Source: Faecalibaculum rodentium
GTDB taxonomy: Bacteria; Bacillota_I; Bacilli_A; Erysipelotrichales; Erysipelotrichaceae
Direction: 5' to 3'
Length of the DNA stretch: 32,000 bases
Assembly (NCBI RefSeq): GCF_001564455.1
Contig: NZ_CP011391.1
Coordinates: 90,001-122,000, forward strand
Below the pieces are notes generated by a model. The model worked only from the letters and a program-made list of their open reading frames with translations. It was not told the DNA's origin and did no database searches. Position 1 is the stretch's first letter; the number at the start of each line of letters is the position of its first letter. Positions 23,547-31,347 of this stretch are shown in pieces. The position numbers were made by a program, and so were the translations under genes.

Positions 23547-24560
23547 ATGAAAGTCAAAAAAGCCATGCTGCTCTCCCTTCGAATCGGTCTGGGCAGCGCT
23601 GCAGCCATCTTTCTCGCAGATTTTCTGCATCTGGAAAGTGCCGCAGCCGCCGGGACGATTACGCTGCTCACGCTGCTGACCACCAGGGTGCAGACCATCA
23701 GGCTGATCATCAACCGGTTTCTGACCTTTGCCGGGACCATTGCTCTCTGTCTCGTGATCCTCCCCCTGTGGGAAAGCCAGCTGTTTTCCTTTGCGGTGCT
23801 GCTGGTGTTCATCGTGGCGATGTGTGAACTGTGTCATGTCCAGAACACCCTGAGCGTCAATGCCCTCATTGCCATGCACCTGGCCATCACCCATGGATTC
23901 ACAGGGCCGATGATCGTGAATGAATTCTGCCTGCTCTGCATCGGGGTGGTGATCGCCTACATCATGAACATGTTCCAGGACTACAAAGGCATGGAACGGG
24001 ATCTGGAGGCAAAGGTGCAGCAGACGGAGGAAGCCTTCACACGGCTGCTGCTGGAAGTGGTGCGTTACATTGAGGAGAGACCGGAGAACACTGAAATCTG
24101 GGAAGAGATGGGCAGACTGGAATCCGACCTCTTTGATTTCGTCAACGACGCCCGGCATTACCAGGAAAACCGGCTTCATACCCGGGAGGGCGTGTATGTC
24201 CAGTATTTCCAGATGCGGGAGCAGCAGCTTTCTGTGGTGCACGCCCTGCATTATCAGCTGCGGCACATCCGCACCATGCCGGATCAGTCTGTAATCATTG
24301 GCGAGTTCATCCGGGAACTGGCGGTGGCGGTTCCAAGCCGTTCGCTGCCGGAGGATCAGAAGCGCATGCTGGAGGAAATCTTCCGGCACATGAGCCGGCA
24401 GCCCCTGCCCGCCAGCCGGGAGGAGTTTGAATCCCGGGCAATTCTGTACCATGTGCTGTATGACCTGGAATCGTATATCAAATACAAGCAGGACTTCATT
24501 TCAGAACTGCCGCCAGAATATCTGCACCGGTTCGGGATCGTGGACCGGATCCGGACCTGA
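23547..24560 (+). CDS. Aromatic acid exporter (ArAE_1 / DUF939, FUSC-like) family membrane protein (337 aa)
   Basis: The N-terminal half has 5-6 TM helices (IGLGSAAAIFLADFL...GTITLLTL...). The C-terminal half is a cytoplasmic helical region, which matches the family architecture. Start taken as the ATG at 23547 (MKVKKAML). Confidence 0.72.
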   Translation: MKVKKAMLLSLRIGLGSAAAIFLADFLHLESAAAAGTITLLTLLTTRVQTIRLIINRFLTFAGTIALCLVILPLWESQLFSFAVLLVFIVAMCELCHVQNTLSVNALIAMHLAITHGFTGPMIVNEFCLLCIGVVIAYIMNMFQDYKGMERDLEAKVQQTEEAFTRLLLEVVRYIEERPENTEIWEEMGRLESDLFDFVNDARHYQENRLHTREGVYVQYFQMREQQLSVVHALHYQLRHIRTMPDQSVIIGEFIRELAVAVPSRSLPEDQKRMLEEIFRHMSRQPLPASREEFESRAILYHVLYDLESYIKYKQDFISELPPEYLHRFGIVDRIRT

Positions 24561-24669
24561 AGACCGGAGATCGTGTGTGCTGAGAGGTGCCGGATGGTGC
24601 ACAGCAGGCAGGAGAGGGCCTGCCGACAGAAAAACAGCTGAAAAACAGATGGCAGATGCGAAAAAACTG

Positions 24670-24697
24670 TTGACTCTGAACCGGGAATCAGTAAAAT
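24670..24697 (+). promoter_or_regulatory. Promoter of 5S rRNA copy 1
   Basis: TTGACT (24670-24675), a 16-nt spacer, then TAAAAT (24692-24697). Three upstream A5-6 tracts look like a UP element. Confidence 0.7.
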
Positions 24698-24707
24698 AAA
24701 TGTTGTT

Positions 24708-24811
24708 GTGGTGATGACAGCGATGTGGAAATACCTGTTCCCATCTCGAACACAGAAGTCAAGCACATCAACGCCGACGATAGCCGCAAGGCAAAAATAG
24801 GAAGTTGCCAC
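24708..24811 (+). rRNA. rrf: 5S rRNA, short form (104 nt), copy 1
   Basis: The helix III/loop C hallmark is CCTGTTCCCATCTCGAACACAGAAGTCAAGC. Helix I pairs GTGGTGAT with GTTGCCAC. Loop E remnants are GATAG/ATAGGA. It is 101/104 identical to copy 2. Confidence 0.85.
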
Positions 24812-24812
24812 T

Positions 24813-25112
24813 TCATCGAAACAGCCGGAAGGCTGTTTTTTTGCGCCTGCCAGACTTTTTACACTGACGGATGGGTCCGGAGATGCGAAAAACAGCAGCG
24901 TGTGGCTGCTGTGTCATGACCTCAATTCCGGCCCTGCGCTTACTCCGCTTCCGGCTGCGTTTCCGGCTTTTTCCCGCCAGAGCCCGCAGGATCCCTCCCG
25001 TCAGACTGACCGCCAGTTTCACGATACTTTTTGCGGCCGCAAGCAGAAAAGCCGCCACCAGCAAAAAGATTCCTTTCGTTACAGACCAAAGCACACGATC
25101 CATTCCGGGCAT
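24813..25112 (-). CDS. Hypothetical small protein, one TM helix plus a very basic tail (99 aa); weak call
   Basis: ATG at 25112 with AGAGAGGAAA 5 nt upstream. The sequence reads MPGMDRVLWSVTKGIFLLVAAFLLAAAKSIV...KSRKRSRKRSKRR. The 3' end reads through the 5S terminator hairpin. It could be a chance ORF in GC-rich DNA. Confidence 0.3.
   Translation of the reverse strand: MPGMDRVLWSVTKGIFLLVAAFLLAAAKSIVKLAVSLTGGILRALAGKSRKRSRKRSKRRAGIEVMTQQPHAAVFRISGPIRQCKKSGRRKKTAFRLFR
24819..24842 (+). terminator. Rho-independent terminator of 5S copy 1
   Basis: AAACAGCC-ggaa-GGCTGTTT within a T7 run, 8 nt after the 5S 3' end. Confidence 0.85.
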
Positions 25113-25269
25113 ACAAATTTCCTCTCTTTCCAATGGAATGAGTACAGCATAAATAAGTACATGACTGATGCACAGAAAGGAACCCCTGATACAAAGAGTC
25201 CGGAAAACCGGTTCCCGACCCGACATGCGCGCTATACAATGAAGCCAGAAGGGCAATGGAGGAACCATC

Positions 25270-25830
25270 ATGACAAGAAAACCATTCAAACCCGCCGCCT
25301 GGGCGCTTCCCCAGCCGGTGTCCATCATTGGCACATATGACGAAACCGGTACACCCAATGCCATGAATGCTGCCTGGACAGGGCAGTATGATGATACACA
25401 GGTCATTCTGTGTCTGTCCGCCGGGCACAAAACCACGAAAAACATCATGGCCCGCAGGGACTTCACATTGAGCTTTGCCACCAGGGACCAGATGGCAGCC
25501 TGTGACTATGTGGGCATGGCCAGCGGCAACACAATACCCGACAAAGTCGGCAGAACCGGCTGGACGGTGCACAAAGCCGGGCAGGTGAATGCCCCGGTTT
25601 TTGAGGAACTGCCCCTGACACTGGAGTGCCGCATGAACGGCCAGACCGACAACGGCAACATTGTGGCGGACATTGTGAACATCACCTGCGACGAAGCTTT
25701 CCTGGATGCAGATGGCAGGCCCGATGTCCGCAAAATGCAGCTGCTGTCCTTCAATCCCGTCAACCGGACCTATCTTGTTGTGGACCAGGAAGCCGGACAG
25801 GCCTGGAACGAAGGACGGAAACTGCTCTAG
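25270..25830 (+). CDS. Flavin reductase-like FMN-binding domain protein (186 aa)
   Basis: The N-terminus PQPVSIIGTYDETGTPNAMNAAW and the later GD(N)IVADIV pattern are typical of the Flavin_Reduct family. GGAGGAA precedes the ATG. Confidence 0.82.
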   Translation: MTRKPFKPAAWALPQPVSIIGTYDETGTPNAMNAAWTGQYDDTQVILCLSAGHKTTKNIMARRDFTLSFATRDQMAACDYVGMASGNTIPDKVGRTGWTVHKAGQVNAPVFEELPLTLECRMNGQTDNGNIVADIVNITCDEAFLDADGRPDVRKMQLLSFNPVNRTYLVVDQEAGQAWNEGRKLL

Positions 25831-25937
25831 GCAGCAGTGGCCGCACACGCGCCTCTGGCGCAGTGAACCACCGGAGGTATCCGGTTCATCTGATTCGCGG
25901 AAAAACGCTAAAAACGCATCTTTTTCCGGATCAACCG

Positions 25938-25965
25938 TTGACATCCGTCGTGAAATCAGTAGAAT
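25938..25965 (+). promoter_or_regulatory. Promoter of 5S rRNA copy 2
   Basis: TTGACA (25938-25943), a 16-nt spacer, then TAGAAT (25960-25965). Upstream A-tracts are ggaaaaacgctaaaaacg. Confidence 0.7.
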
Positions 25966-25975
25966 AACTATTGTT

Positions 25976-26079
25976 CTGGTGATGACAGCGATGTGGAAAT
26001 ACCTGTTCCCATCCCGAACACAGAAGTCAAGCACATCAACGCCGACGATAGCCGCAAGGCAAAAATAGGAAGTTGCCAG
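25976..26079 (+). rRNA. rrf: 5S rRNA, short form (104 nt), copy 2
   Basis: CCTGTTCCCATCCCGAACACAGAAGTCAAGC matches the universal loop C consensus. Helix I pairs CTGGTGAT with GTTGCCAG. Confidence 0.88.
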
Positions 26080-26086
26080 TTCACAT

Positions 26087-26108
26087 GACCCGCAAGGGTC
26101 TTTTTTTT
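26087..26108 (+). terminator. Rho-independent terminator of 5S copy 2
   Basis: GACCC-gcaa-GGGTC followed by T8. Confidence 0.85.
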
Positions 26109-26155
26109 CGCCCTGATACGGGGTCATCCTACTGGGCCGGCGGTACAATACTTCC

Positions 26156-26713
26156 ATGAACATACGAACTCTTACACCGGCCGACCTTCCGGCCATCCGT
26201 GTCGTGAGCCGCAAGGCTTCCCTGCATCAGGACCGCACCCCGGAACAGTGGGCCCTTGCTGCCCTGAAATACGTCGATTACTACCCCTGTCATGCAGGCG
26301 ATACCAGCCTGGCACTGGAGCTCGAAGATGGCAGCTTTGCCGGCTATGTCCTCTGTGCTCCGGATGCCGATGCCTATTTCCAGACCCTGGAGCAGGAATA
26401 CAGGCCGCAGATCGAGACGCTGTCTCCAGGCAGCTATGCACCGTTTCTGGAAGCACAGTCCTATATCCGGGAGTTTGCCCGGGAGTATCCCGCCCATCTC
26501 CACATCAATGTCGTTCCCGAAGCCCAGAACCTCCGGGCAGGGTCCCGCCTCATGCAGGCTCTTCTAAAGCGCCTGAAGGAAAAGGGCATTCCCGGGGTGT
26601 GCCTGGGGGTGGACAGCAGCCGGAAGCAGGCTGTGCACTTCTACGAAAAGAACGGATTCACCGTTCTTCGGGATGCAGGCGACACCCTGTTCATGGGACG
26701 CCGGACAGACTGA
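26156..26713 (+). CDS. GNAT family N-acetyltransferase (185 aa)
   Basis: The acetyl-CoA-binding motif A region is LRAGSRLMQALLKRLKEKGIPGVCLGV. The motif B-like block is AVHFYEKNGF. No SD is present, and TACAAT ends 6 nt before the ATG. Confidence 0.78.
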   Translation: MNIRTLTPADLPAIRVVSRKASLHQDRTPEQWALAALKYVDYYPCHAGDTSLALELEDGSFAGYVLCAPDADAYFQTLEQEYRPQIETLSPGSYAPFLEAQSYIREFAREYPAHLHINVVPEAQNLRAGSRLMQALLKRLKEKGIPGVCLGVDSSRKQAVHFYEKNGFTVLRDAGDTLFMGRRTD

Positions 26714-26721
26714 TCCTTCCT

Positions 26722-26742
26722 GCCGCCTGACCGGCGGCTTTT
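26722..26742 (+). terminator. Possible terminator of the GNAT gene
   Basis: GCCGCC-tgacc-GGCGGC followed by a short TTTTCTG tract. Confidence 0.45.
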
Positions 26743-26879
26743 CTGTCTGCAGACCCGGCTGCGGATGCATGTTCTGCATCCGTTCACAGGAGCCCGTCAT
26801 CGTCCGCCGGGAGCCGCCATCATACTGGAAATCATCATCGGCATGGATCGGCCCCGCTCCGGCCGGCACCGGCAGTGCA

Positions 26880-26915
26880 GAAACAGAAAACGGACCCGGC
26901 AGGAGCACCGGATCC
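26880..26915 (-). terminator. Rho-independent terminator of the DUF885 gene
   Basis: Minus-strand reading is GGATCCGG-tgctcctg-CCGGGTCC (one G:U pair) followed by GTTTTCTGTTTCTG. Confidence 0.6.
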
Positions 26916-26938
26916 GCATGACATCAGCCAGGCGCAAA

Positions 26939-28759
26939 TCACCTGCGGCTGTCGATATAGGTCTGAATGTTGCGTTCCACGATCGCAAAGGGCACGCTGC
27001 CGTCCTTGAGAAGCGCCTGGTTGAAGTCCCGGCTCTCGAAGGAACTGCCGAGGGCTTTCCGGGCTTCGTTGCGCAGGGTCATGATTTTGTAATGCCCATA
27101 GTAATAGGACTGGAACTGTGCGGGGCAGAATGCGAGCTGGTCGTAGATGTCCGAGAGATCGCCGCTGCCGAAGACATCCCCGTACTCCTCATTGAATTCC
27201 TCCAGGGAGGCGCCCTCATAATTCACCGAGAGGTCCATGAGCGCGGTGTAGCAGTTGGTGAGCATCATCATCCAGTTGTAGAACTTGACGGCGTTCTGGG
27301 AAGCGTCGAGCCATTTGTTGGCCTGTCCCTCGACGTACGTGGCATAGCCTTCGGTGAAACCGCTGTTGTTCAGCATGTACTGAATGGGGTACACAAAGGT
27401 TTCGTGATCGTACTGTGTCTGATACATGTGACCGGGGATCCCTTCATGGGCGAGTGTGTCATACAGTGCCACGTCCGTGGTGTCGCTGCCGTAATCCACG
27501 GCGTTGAACCGGATGCGGCAGGGGGCGGTGTTGTCCACAGGGGGGATCATGAAATACGCCATGACACCGGGATTCGCCTGTTCCCCGCTCAGGGGCTGCA
27601 CTTCGTAGTCCATGGCCTGCACCGTCGGGAAATCCCGCTGGTAGTTGTCCTCGAGGAACGCCATGATCTCATCCACCGATTCGAAGTCCGTCACCAGGTT
27701 CGTGGCTTCCTGCACGCTCTGCGGGTCTTTGTCCATCATGTTCTGCATCTGCAGGGAGAGAGAGACCACGGTTTTCTGCAGGTTTTCCTGCATTTCTTCC
27801 GGCGTATCCTCTGTGCCCGTGGCGTCGTGGGCGAGCGCCGTGTAGTAGTCCCGGCCGTTTTCCAGATTCGCCAGCCCCGTGATGTCCCGGGACTTGTTCT
27901 GCCAGGGCTTCAGGTCCCGGCAGATGCGGTCGAACTGCGGATAGAAGGACGTTTCCAGAGCCTTGTTGACCTGGTCCAGGTATGTCTCTTCGGTCTTCTC
28001 CGGCAGGTCCAGCGCACGGATCTCCTCCTGGAGATTCCGGCTGACGGCGGACTCGCTGCCGGCTTCGATGATCTCTTCGCATTTTTCCTGCACATCATCG
28101 TACTCCAGCATCAGCAGGCCGCGGTCTGCCTGTTCCTTTGTATAGGCCATGCAGTCGTCCACGAACCGCGGGGTGTCTTCCAGAAGCGTGATCAGCGGGG
28201 CGATGTCGGCTTCTTCCCGGATCTCGTACTCCGAGAAGGTCTGGACGAGACTGTCTGCAGGGTTGTTGTAGGCGTTCCAGATCTGGTCGAGGCAGTTGTA
28301 GCGCGTATCGTAGACCTGGTCGGCGACATCAAACTGGAAGGAAAGGGAGTCGTAAATCACCTGCTGGGTCAAGTCCAGGTCCGCGCGGTCAAAGGACTGC
28401 AGCCGCTCTGCCATTTCATCCTCGAGTTCCATGTCTTCTTCATCCGGGAGAATGCTGCCCAGGGTCACCTCCGCTTTGGCGGGATCGATCCCGAAGGATT
28501 CCGGATCTTCGAAGTAATGATGCAGGACCAGGTAGCTGTTTTCGCAGGTCTGGCGGACGTAGTCCTCTGTATAGGCGGTGAAATCCGGATCCGGGTGGGC
28601 CGCAGCGGCGGTGGATTCCGTCGAGTCCACCGTTTCCTGCTTATGAGGGGTGTCACCGGTATCCGGGTCGGCTTGCGGTGTCCTTCCGGCACAGCCGGAG
28701 AACAGAAGCGAGGCTGCCAGCAGCCAGGCAGCGGTGTGATGCAGTGTCAGTTGTTTCAT
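26939..28759 (-). CDS. DUF885 family lipoprotein (606 aa)
   Basis: ORF 26939..29026 trimmed to MKQLTLHHTAAWLLAASLLFSGC, a signal peptide with an LFSGC lipobox. AAAGGAA lies upstream. The DUF885 signature is HEGIPGHMYQ, and the length fits the family. Confidence 0.85.
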   Translation of the reverse strand: MKQLTLHHTAAWLLAASLLFSGCAGRTPQADPDTGDTPHKQETVDSTESTAAAAHPDPDFTAYTEDYVRQTCENSYLVLHHYFEDPESFGIDPAKAEVTLGSILPDEEDMELEDEMAERLQSFDRADLDLTQQVIYDSLSFQFDVADQVYDTRYNCLDQIWNAYNNPADSLVQTFSEYEIREEADIAPLITLLEDTPRFVDDCMAYTKEQADRGLLMLEYDDVQEKCEEIIEAGSESAVSRNLQEEIRALDLPEKTEETYLDQVNKALETSFYPQFDRICRDLKPWQNKSRDITGLANLENGRDYYTALAHDATGTEDTPEEMQENLQKTVVSLSLQMQNMMDKDPQSVQEATNLVTDFESVDEIMAFLEDNYQRDFPTVQAMDYEVQPLSGEQANPGVMAYFMIPPVDNTAPCRIRFNAVDYGSDTTDVALYDTLAHEGIPGHMYQTQYDHETFVYPIQYMLNNSGFTEGYATYVEGQANKWLDASQNAVKFYNWMMMLTNCYTALMDLSVNYEGASLEEFNEEYGDVFGSGDLSDIYDQLAFCPAQFQSYYYGHYKIMTLRNEARKALGSSFESRDFNQALLKDGSVPFAIVERNIQTYIDSRR

Positions 28760-29032
28760 GTTTGATTCCTTTGTCCGGGATTTGTCCCGTCTCTTGCACT
28801 GCACCCATTGTAACAGACGTTTCTTCCTTTCAATCCGGTTGCACGCCGCCACGGTGGTTCGCGGCCGATGATGGAAGAACCGGCTGCGGACGTCACGGGC
28901 CATCGCGGGACCACTATGTGGGTACATACGGGTCGGATTCGGCCGGTCTGGTGGCCGGCATCGGTCTGCATCTGGAACATAATATGAAACAGAATCCGGA
29001 TTTCCTTCACTTTTTCGGGCATGCATCTTTTC

Positions 29033-29102
29033 TGACCCGGGTTAAGGTCTATAATGAAGGTGCCTGAAGAGTTTAACCGGGTTAATAAATGACCCGGGTC
29101 AA
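29033..29102. promoter_or_regulatory. Three palindromic ACCCGGGT-type sites flanking a perfect -10 hexamer
   Basis: TGACCCGGGTTAA (29033-29045), TATAAT (29050-29055), TTTAACCGGGTTAA (29071-29084), and TGACCCGGGTCAA (29090-29102). Confidence 0.6.
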
Positions 29103-29165
29103 CATCTTCGCACCAGATTCAAAGATTCACCGGCTCTGCTTCGTCGGGGAAGAAAGGGAACCGTC

Positions 29166-29447
29166 ATGAATGAAGATTCAAGACAAAGACTGAACGCGGC
29201 TCTGGATGTGATCCGGAAAGTATACCGGACTGTGGATGAAAGCCTCAGTACCCGGGAGACTGGCATCATGCAGGCCGCCTATGATTCGCTCCTGAATTCA
29301 GGAAGCACCAGCCGCCAGGCCAAGAAGATCCTGGCCAGGGAACTGTGTGCCGGCATTCTTGCCACAGATACCGGATACGCCTTCTGCGAACGGGTGGCCA
29401 TGGACAACGTGGCCATGATGCACAGTCCCATGAACCTGCAGGCCTGA
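29166..29447 (+). CDS. Hypothetical small protein (93 aa)
   Basis: ATG with AAAGGGAA upstream and host-like codon usage. A promoter with operator-like sites lies upstream and a hairpin terminator lies downstream. No family recognised. Confidence 0.5.
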   Translation: MNEDSRQRLNAALDVIRKVYRTVDESLSTRETGIMQAAYDSLLNSGSTSRQAKKILARELCAGILATDTGYAFCERVAMDNVAMMHSPMNLQA

Positions 29448-29481
29448 GCCCGCGGACGCCACACTGATTCACAAACAGCAC

Positions 29482-29531
29482 AAGGCCTTCTGCCGGCATG
29501 GATGACTCCATGTGCGCAGAAGGCCTTTTTC
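29482..29531. terminator. Long hairpin terminator between the small ORF and pstB
   Basis: AAGGCCTTCTG (29482-29492) pairs with CAGAAGGCCTT (29517-29527). An inner CATGGA/TCCATG helix is present. TTTTT follows on the plus strand. Confidence 0.7.
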
Positions 29532-29579
29532 TTTGTCCGTGGTCCTGTATTTGTTCTCCCGCAGCAGCGCGGGGCGGGT

Positions 29580-30329
29580 TCAGCCGAATTGACCCGAGAC
29601 GTAGGCTGCGGTTTTCTCCATCTTTGGATGACGGAATACCTGCTCTGTTTCTCCTTCTTCCACCAGATGACCCATCCAGAAAAACGCCGTCCGGTCCGCG
29701 ATCCGCTGCGCCTGCTGCATGTTGTGGGTGACCATCACGATGGTGTACCTTTCCTTGAGCTTCAGACACAGGGCTTCGATGTGGGCCGTGGAAATCGGGT
29801 CCAGGGCACTGGTGGGTTCGTCCATGAGCAGCACCTCCGGTTTTACGGCCAGGGCCCGGGCAATGCACAGCCGCTGCTGCTGACCGCCGGACATGGACAG
29901 GGCAGAGGATTTCAGCCGGTCCTTCACTTCCTCCCAGAGACCCGCGCTTTCCAGCGCGTCCCGGACAATGGCATCCAGCTCCTTCCGGTTCCGGATTCCA
30001 TGGGCGCGCGGTCCGTAGGCGACGTTGTCGTAGATGCTCATGGGAAAGGGGTTGGGTTTCTGGAACACCATCCCCACCCGACGGCGCAGAAGATTCACAT
30101 CCAGTCCCTGCGTGATGTCCTGGTCCTCCAGGCAGATCGAACCGGTGATGCGGCAGCCGGGGACCAGGTCGTTCATGCGGTTCAGAGATTTCAGGAGGGT
30201 GGACTTTCCGCACCCCGACGGGCCGATGAACGCCATGATCTGGCGTCCGGGAATGGCCAGGGAAATGTCATGCAGAGCCTGTGACTGTCCGTAAAAGAGA
30301 CTGAGGTTTGAAATCGTGAGCTTATCCAT
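29580..30329 (-). CDS. pstB: Phosphate ABC transporter ATP-binding protein PstB (249 aa)
   Basis: Walker A is GPSGCGKST. The ABC signature is LSGGQQQRL. Walker B is [11 protein letters not shown]. The PstB-typical N-terminus is [16 protein letters not shown]. Confidence 0.95.
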   Translation of the reverse strand: MDKLTISNLSLFYGQSQALHDISLAIPGRQIMAFIGPSGCGKSTLLKSLNRMNDLVPGCRITGSICLEDQDITQGLDVNLLRRRVGMVFQKPNPFPMSIYDNVAYGPRAHGIRNRKELDAIVRDALESAGLWEEVKDRLKSSALSMSGGQQQRLCIARALAVKPEVLLMDEPTSALDPISTAHIEALCLKLKERYTIVMVTHNMQQAQRIADRTAFFWMGHLVEEGETEQVFRHPKMEKTAAYVSGQFG

Positions 30330-31347
30330 GCTGCCGCCTTTCCATGAACCGCCGGATCAGGGCGGATAAAGCGTTGAGACAGAGCACAGCCACCAGCAGG
30401 ATCAGAGCCGTGGCCCAGGTCTGGGGAATGTGCAGGCCTTCGCTGGCCAGGGAATACATATGGACCGCCAGGGTCCGCGCAGACTGGTCAAGTCCGGTCA
30501 CCAGGGTCACCGCTGTGCCCGCCGTGAAGATCAGGGCGGCGGATTCTCCGGTGATCCGTCCGATGGCCAGGATGGTTCCGGAGAGTATTCCGGGAAAAGC
30601 AGCCGGCAGGACCACCTTGAAGATGGTGTGCAGGTGGCCGGCGCCCAGCGCGAGGCTGCCTTCGCGCAGGGACTGGGGAACTTCCGACAAAGCCTGCTGG
30701 CTGGTTCTCAGGATCAGAGGGAGCACGATCAAAGCCATGGTCAGGGCTCCGGAAATCAGGGACATGCCCAGTTCCAGGAACCGGACAAAGAACAGCGAGC
30801 CGAACAGACCGAAAACGATGGAAGGCACACTGGACAGCACTTCGGCTGCCGCCGCAATCAGGCTGGCTGCGCGGCTCTTCGGGCGGGTGTACTCCGTCAG
30901 GTAGACAGCGCCCAGCACCCCCAGAGGCAGGGCAATGACCAGCGTCAGCAGGATCATGGACCCGGTATTCACCAGTGCCGGCAGCATGGATACATTCTCT
31001 GAGGTATAGACCAAAGAGAACAGATCCGCGCGAAGGGCCGGGAAGCCATTGACGAAAATGAAGGCAATCAGGTAGAACAGGAATCCGGCCACTACCAGCG
31101 CGGCTCCGTAAATCAGTCCGCGCTGAAGCAGTGTCGCAAAACGGCGGCGCAGGGTGGACCCCTGCCGGAAGGAGGAAGAAGACTGTCCCTTCCTCCTGTT
31201 CTTCTGTCGCCGGCTCCCGGGAACCGGCTGGGAGAATCGCGGGGGAGTCCCGAGTTCCAGCGGGGTGCCGGAAGAGACGGCCGCTGCGCTGGTCGAGGCA
31301 GCCGGCACGTCCAGCTGCAAAGCGGAAGGGATTCTTTCTGTTTTCAT
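30322..31347 (-). CDS. pstA: Phosphate ABC transporter permease PstA with a ~60-aa low-complexity N-terminal extension (341 aa)
   Basis: The ATGA overlaps the pstC stop, with AAAAGGAG upstream. The EAA-loop region is [23 protein letters not shown]. It has 6 TM helices. It overlaps pstB by 8 nt. Confidence 0.88.
   Translation of the reverse strand: MKTERIPSALQLDVPAASTSAAAVSSGTPLELGTPPRFSQPVPGSRRQKNRRKGQSSSSFRQGSTLRRRFATLLQRGLIYGAALVVAGFLFYLIAFIFVNGFPALRADLFSLVYTSENVSMLPALVNTGSMILLTLVIALPLGVLGAVYLTEYTRPKSRAASLIAAAAEVLSSVPSIVFGLFGSLFFVRFLELGMSLISGALTMALIVLPLILRTSQQALSEVPQSLREGSLALGAGHLHTIFKVVLPAAFPGILSGTILAIGRITGESAALIFTAGTAVTLVTGLDQSARTLAVHMYSLASEGLHIPQTWATALILLVAVLCLNALSALIRRFMERRQHG

Noticed and set aside
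24871-25340. Plus-strand ORFs 24871..25152 and 24900..25340 between 5S copy 1 and the flavin reductase gene.
   Set aside because: They have no SD, low-complexity Arg/Pro-rich translations, and they overlap each other. The minus-strand 99-aa ORF with an SD is a slightly better, though still weak, explanation.
24356-26214. Two minus-strand ORFs (24356..24811 and 24940..26214) sharing an identical 33-aa peptide (ATSYFCLAAIVGVDVLDFCVRDGNRYFHIAVIT). This suggested a duplicated protein gene.
   Set aside because: The shared peptide is simply the antisense translation of the duplicated 5S rRNA sequence. The larger ORF is also antisense to the flavin reductase gene.
28840-29030. About 190 bp of GC-rich sequence with no assigned function, covered by ORFs 28678..29067(+) and 28756..29022(-).
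   Set aside because: Neither ORF has an SD, a recognisable motif or convincing codon bias. No conserved RNA signature is visible. It may be a gene remnant or a long divergent control region, but I cannot support a call.
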